In this document: in pieces, positions 17,897 through 20,000 of the stretch
Layout: the number at the start of each line of letters is the position of its first letter
Position numbering within the stretch: the first letter of the stretch is position 1
Source of the DNA: an uncultured virus (IMG/VR IMGVR_UViG_2029527006_000008)
Lineage: Duplodnaviria; Heunggongvirae; Uroviricota; Caudoviricetes
Strand: one strand, 5' to 3'
Virus record (IMG/VR): IMGVR_UViG_2029527006_000008
Coordinates: 106,168-126,167 of that record
DNA: 20,000 nt
Position numbers and translations under genes: made by a program
The notes under the pieces: model-generated
Told to the model about the DNA's origin: nothing
The model's database searches: none
Seen by the model: only the letters and a program-made list of their open reading frames with translations

Positions 17897-17921
17897 TATT
17901 AGCCTCTTTTTTGGAAACAAA

Positions 17922-20000
17922 ATGAATAGAATAGATCTCGATAATTTCTATTCCGACACTTTCCAACTCACTCGAACAATGGTGGTAAAGATAGAAGCCA
18001 TTGCAGAGCGTGAGAATCAAGTGTTGGAAAAGGCCGGACACACCGTTCTTAATGACAAGCGCACTTGGCGCTATTACATGAATTTAAACGGGGATTACCA
18101 CGAGACTGATGAAGTCATGACGGTGATTTCCTTGGACACTGGTGAAGAGATACCGTTTACCAAAGAGACGATGGCTCAGCATCTTCTCACCTACCGTCAG
18201 TATCTAAAGAGCGGCGACCTGTATAAGCGCCTGACTGAAACCTATGACGGACAGACCGTTTTAATTAACGGAATTCTGTTTCCGATTACATATGATGTTT
18301 CTATTGCCGCCCCGAACTATAAGATTCTTCGCTATAATGAGAGTCTGGTTCTGTGGAATGAAGAACAGCTGATTCCTCAGGTGCAGCGCTGGATTAACGG
18401 CAACGCTCCTGCAATGTTCGAAAACGAATACCACGTCACTGAAGACCTCATGCTTCACCAGATGGTGGTAGAGCTTTATGCCGGCATTACTCAATGTATA
18501 CACCTGACGCGTTTCCAGGCTATTAAGACTCGACACGCGCATGACTTCTATATTTGGAGTCACATTGATTCATTCGGTGAGTTTTCTGTTTATAAGAACT
18601 CACTGAACCAAGAACAGGTGATGTGGTTACACCGCAACATTGAGTGGATCAACAACAACGCCGGTAAAGAGTTTACGTTTGATAAACTCATGGAAAAGCT
18701 GCTGACTATGCGGAAGATTCCCATCGCGAAATATGAGATGGTGTTGAACACGCAGAAACAGTTAGAGGATCTGGTGCCCACGCCTCAGTGGAAGCGAACT
18801 CAGTTAAACATGAACGAAGACAAGCAAATCACGCCGGTCTACTTCAACACTGAGAAGCTCATTGAGAAAGAACGCCCGATGGCGGTGGACAACACCCTGA
18901 TGACCTCTATCTATCAGGAAGAAGCAAACTTCGAAGGCACGTACAGTTTACACAATGACTTGCCGACCAAGGTGCTGGAATCTGAGATGGCGGACTACAC
19001 CAACCGTCACAGCGACACCATGATGACCGTGGTGTTTAACCAGTGGATCTACCTGGCAGGTAAAGGCGTCTATCAGGTTAACATGGCGGTGGTGAATCCC
19101 AAAGATGGTCGTCTGCTGCGCCTGGATGCCAAGGATGCATTTACCCTGTGGCGTTACATCACGCGCCTGGCTGCTGGTCACCAACTGGAAACCATTGAAA
19201 ACGCTTTTTATCACAACGTGATGCGGTTAACCCCGCCCACTGTGAAAGAGTTACGTCGCGTGGGATTAGGAAGCAAATACATCACTGACGCCGTAGCTAA
19301 CAGCATCCGCGATCAGTTTGTTGACATTGTTTCCGTGGGGTCGTCAGAAGAACTGCTAAACGTTTCTAAGAGCATCTATATTGCGATGTGGAAGCATCGT
19401 AAGCTCTACAGCTCCTACGGTGATCAAATCACTCATGCTGCTGTTAAGAACGCTACGTCGCTGATGTACGAAACCGGTGAGATCTCGTTGGTAGACGATC
19501 ACAGTTATCTGCGCTTCTTGCAGAAGTATGCGCTGGACTTTGACGACTACAACTACGAAGAGCTTACTAATCTGGCTTGGGTGATCTTTAAAACCTTTAC
19601 TGGTTGGGATCTCAACAACAACCCATCACTGCGCAGCATTCAGAACGATCTCGTTGATCTCATGATGAAGCTGAGCTCTTATACCGTCCACACCATTAAA
19701 ACCATGGATGACGGTACGGATGTGATTGAGTTGTTGTCGCAGAACAGCATGGGTGATTCCGCCTATTTAGGCTTGGGTCATCAGCTTGAAGCCGATCTCT
19801 CTAATGTTCAGCTCAAGCTCAACCATGCATTAACGTTAACAGCGAAACCCGAGTTAGAAGTTCGTCTTCCTGACACTACCCATCCCAAGCTTGATCAAGC
19901 GTCAGCGATTATCACCGCACGCTTCCGCGATACCACACATCTGCGGTTGGATCACAGCAAAGACATTACTCCGCTTTCTGCTCTGCGTATTCCAGATACC
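17922..20000 (+). CDS. Virion structural protein (phiKZ gp128-like, putative baseplate), 3'-truncated by the window edge
   Basis: Absent from the ORF track because no stop was found in the window. Manual translation: MNRIDLDNFYSDTFQLTRTMVVKIEAIAERENQVLEKAGHTVLNDKRTWRYYMNLNGDYHETDEVMTVISLDTGEEIPFTKE... The TWxYYxNLxGxYH..D..M.V.SLDT.E.I.FTKE motif is typical of this family. The same frame is open at the window end (...ALRIPDT); at least 693 codons. Confidence 0.8.
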   Translation, partial: MNRIDLDNFYSDTFQLTRTMVVKIEAIAERENQVLEKAGHTVLNDKRTWRYYMNLNGDYHETDEVMTVISLDTGEEIPFTKETMAQHLLTYRQYLKSGDLYKRLTETYDGQTVLINGILFPITYDVSIAAPNYKILRYNESLVLWNEEQLIPQVQRWINGNAPAMFENEYHVTEDLMLHQMVVELYAGITQCIHLTRFQAIKTRHAHDFYIWSHIDSFGEFSVYKNSLNQEQVMWLHRNIEWINNNAGKEFTFDKLMEKLLTMRKIPIAKYEMVLNTQKQLEDLVPTPQWKRTQLNMNEDKQITPVYFNTEKLIEKERPMAVDNTLMTSIYQEEANFEGTYSLHNDLPTKVLESEMADYTNRHSDTMMTVVFNQWIYLAGKGVYQVNMAVVNPKDGRLLRLDAKDAFTLWRYITRLAAGHQLETIENAFYHNVMRLTPPTVKELRRVGLGSKYITDAVANSIRDQFVDIVSVGSSEELLNVSKSIYIAMWKHRKLYSSYGDQITHAAVKNATSLMYETGEISLVDDHSYLRFLQKYALDFDDYNYEELTNLAWVIFKTFTGWDLNNNPSLRSIQNDLVDLMMKLSSYTVHTIKTMDDGTDVIELLSQNSMGDSAYLGLGHQLEADLSNVQLKLNHALTLTAKPELEVRLPDTTHPKLDQASAIITARFRDTTHLRLDHSKDITPLSALRIPDT

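Noticed and set aside
17897..17920. ORF-track TTG start for the portal at 17920
   Set aside because: It would abut the divergent ATG at 17922. ATG 17896 has a good SD.
17832..19214. Small - strand ORFs in the apparently empty right end
   Set aside because: They are antisense to the long + strand gene starting at 17922.
1..20000. CRISPR arrays, tRNA/rRNA genes, transposases
   Set aside because: No regularly spaced direct repeats, cloverleaf-like sequence or mobile-element ORFs were seen. The intergenic gaps are short and explained by hairpins and leaders.

Overview
This window is part of a phiKZ-like jumbo myophage genome (Chimalliviridae-type core block). In order it contains: four + strand putative virion genes (neck/tail/baseplate-hub candidates), a - strand DnaB-like helicase, a small divergent gene, the 750-aa major capsid protein (MCP), a coiled-coil hypothetical, the non-virion RNA polymerase beta N-terminal subunit (broken by a -1 frameshift near 11135), a 789-aa hypothetical, the - strand portal, and a divergent virion protein running off the right edge that the ORF track missed. 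Family assignments rest on motif recognition, size and synteny recalled from phiKZ; no searches were run. The most notable signal is a textbook -1 ribosomal frameshift cassette on the last two MCP codons: G_GGA_AAC, the stop codon, and a 10-bp stem 7 nt downstream, predicting a minor capsid isoform 19 aa longer. Also notable are a sequence-conserved family of intergenic hairpins, two divergent gene pairs only 18 and 25 bp apart, and repeated G-x-E protease-type motifs in the MCP and portal N-termini.
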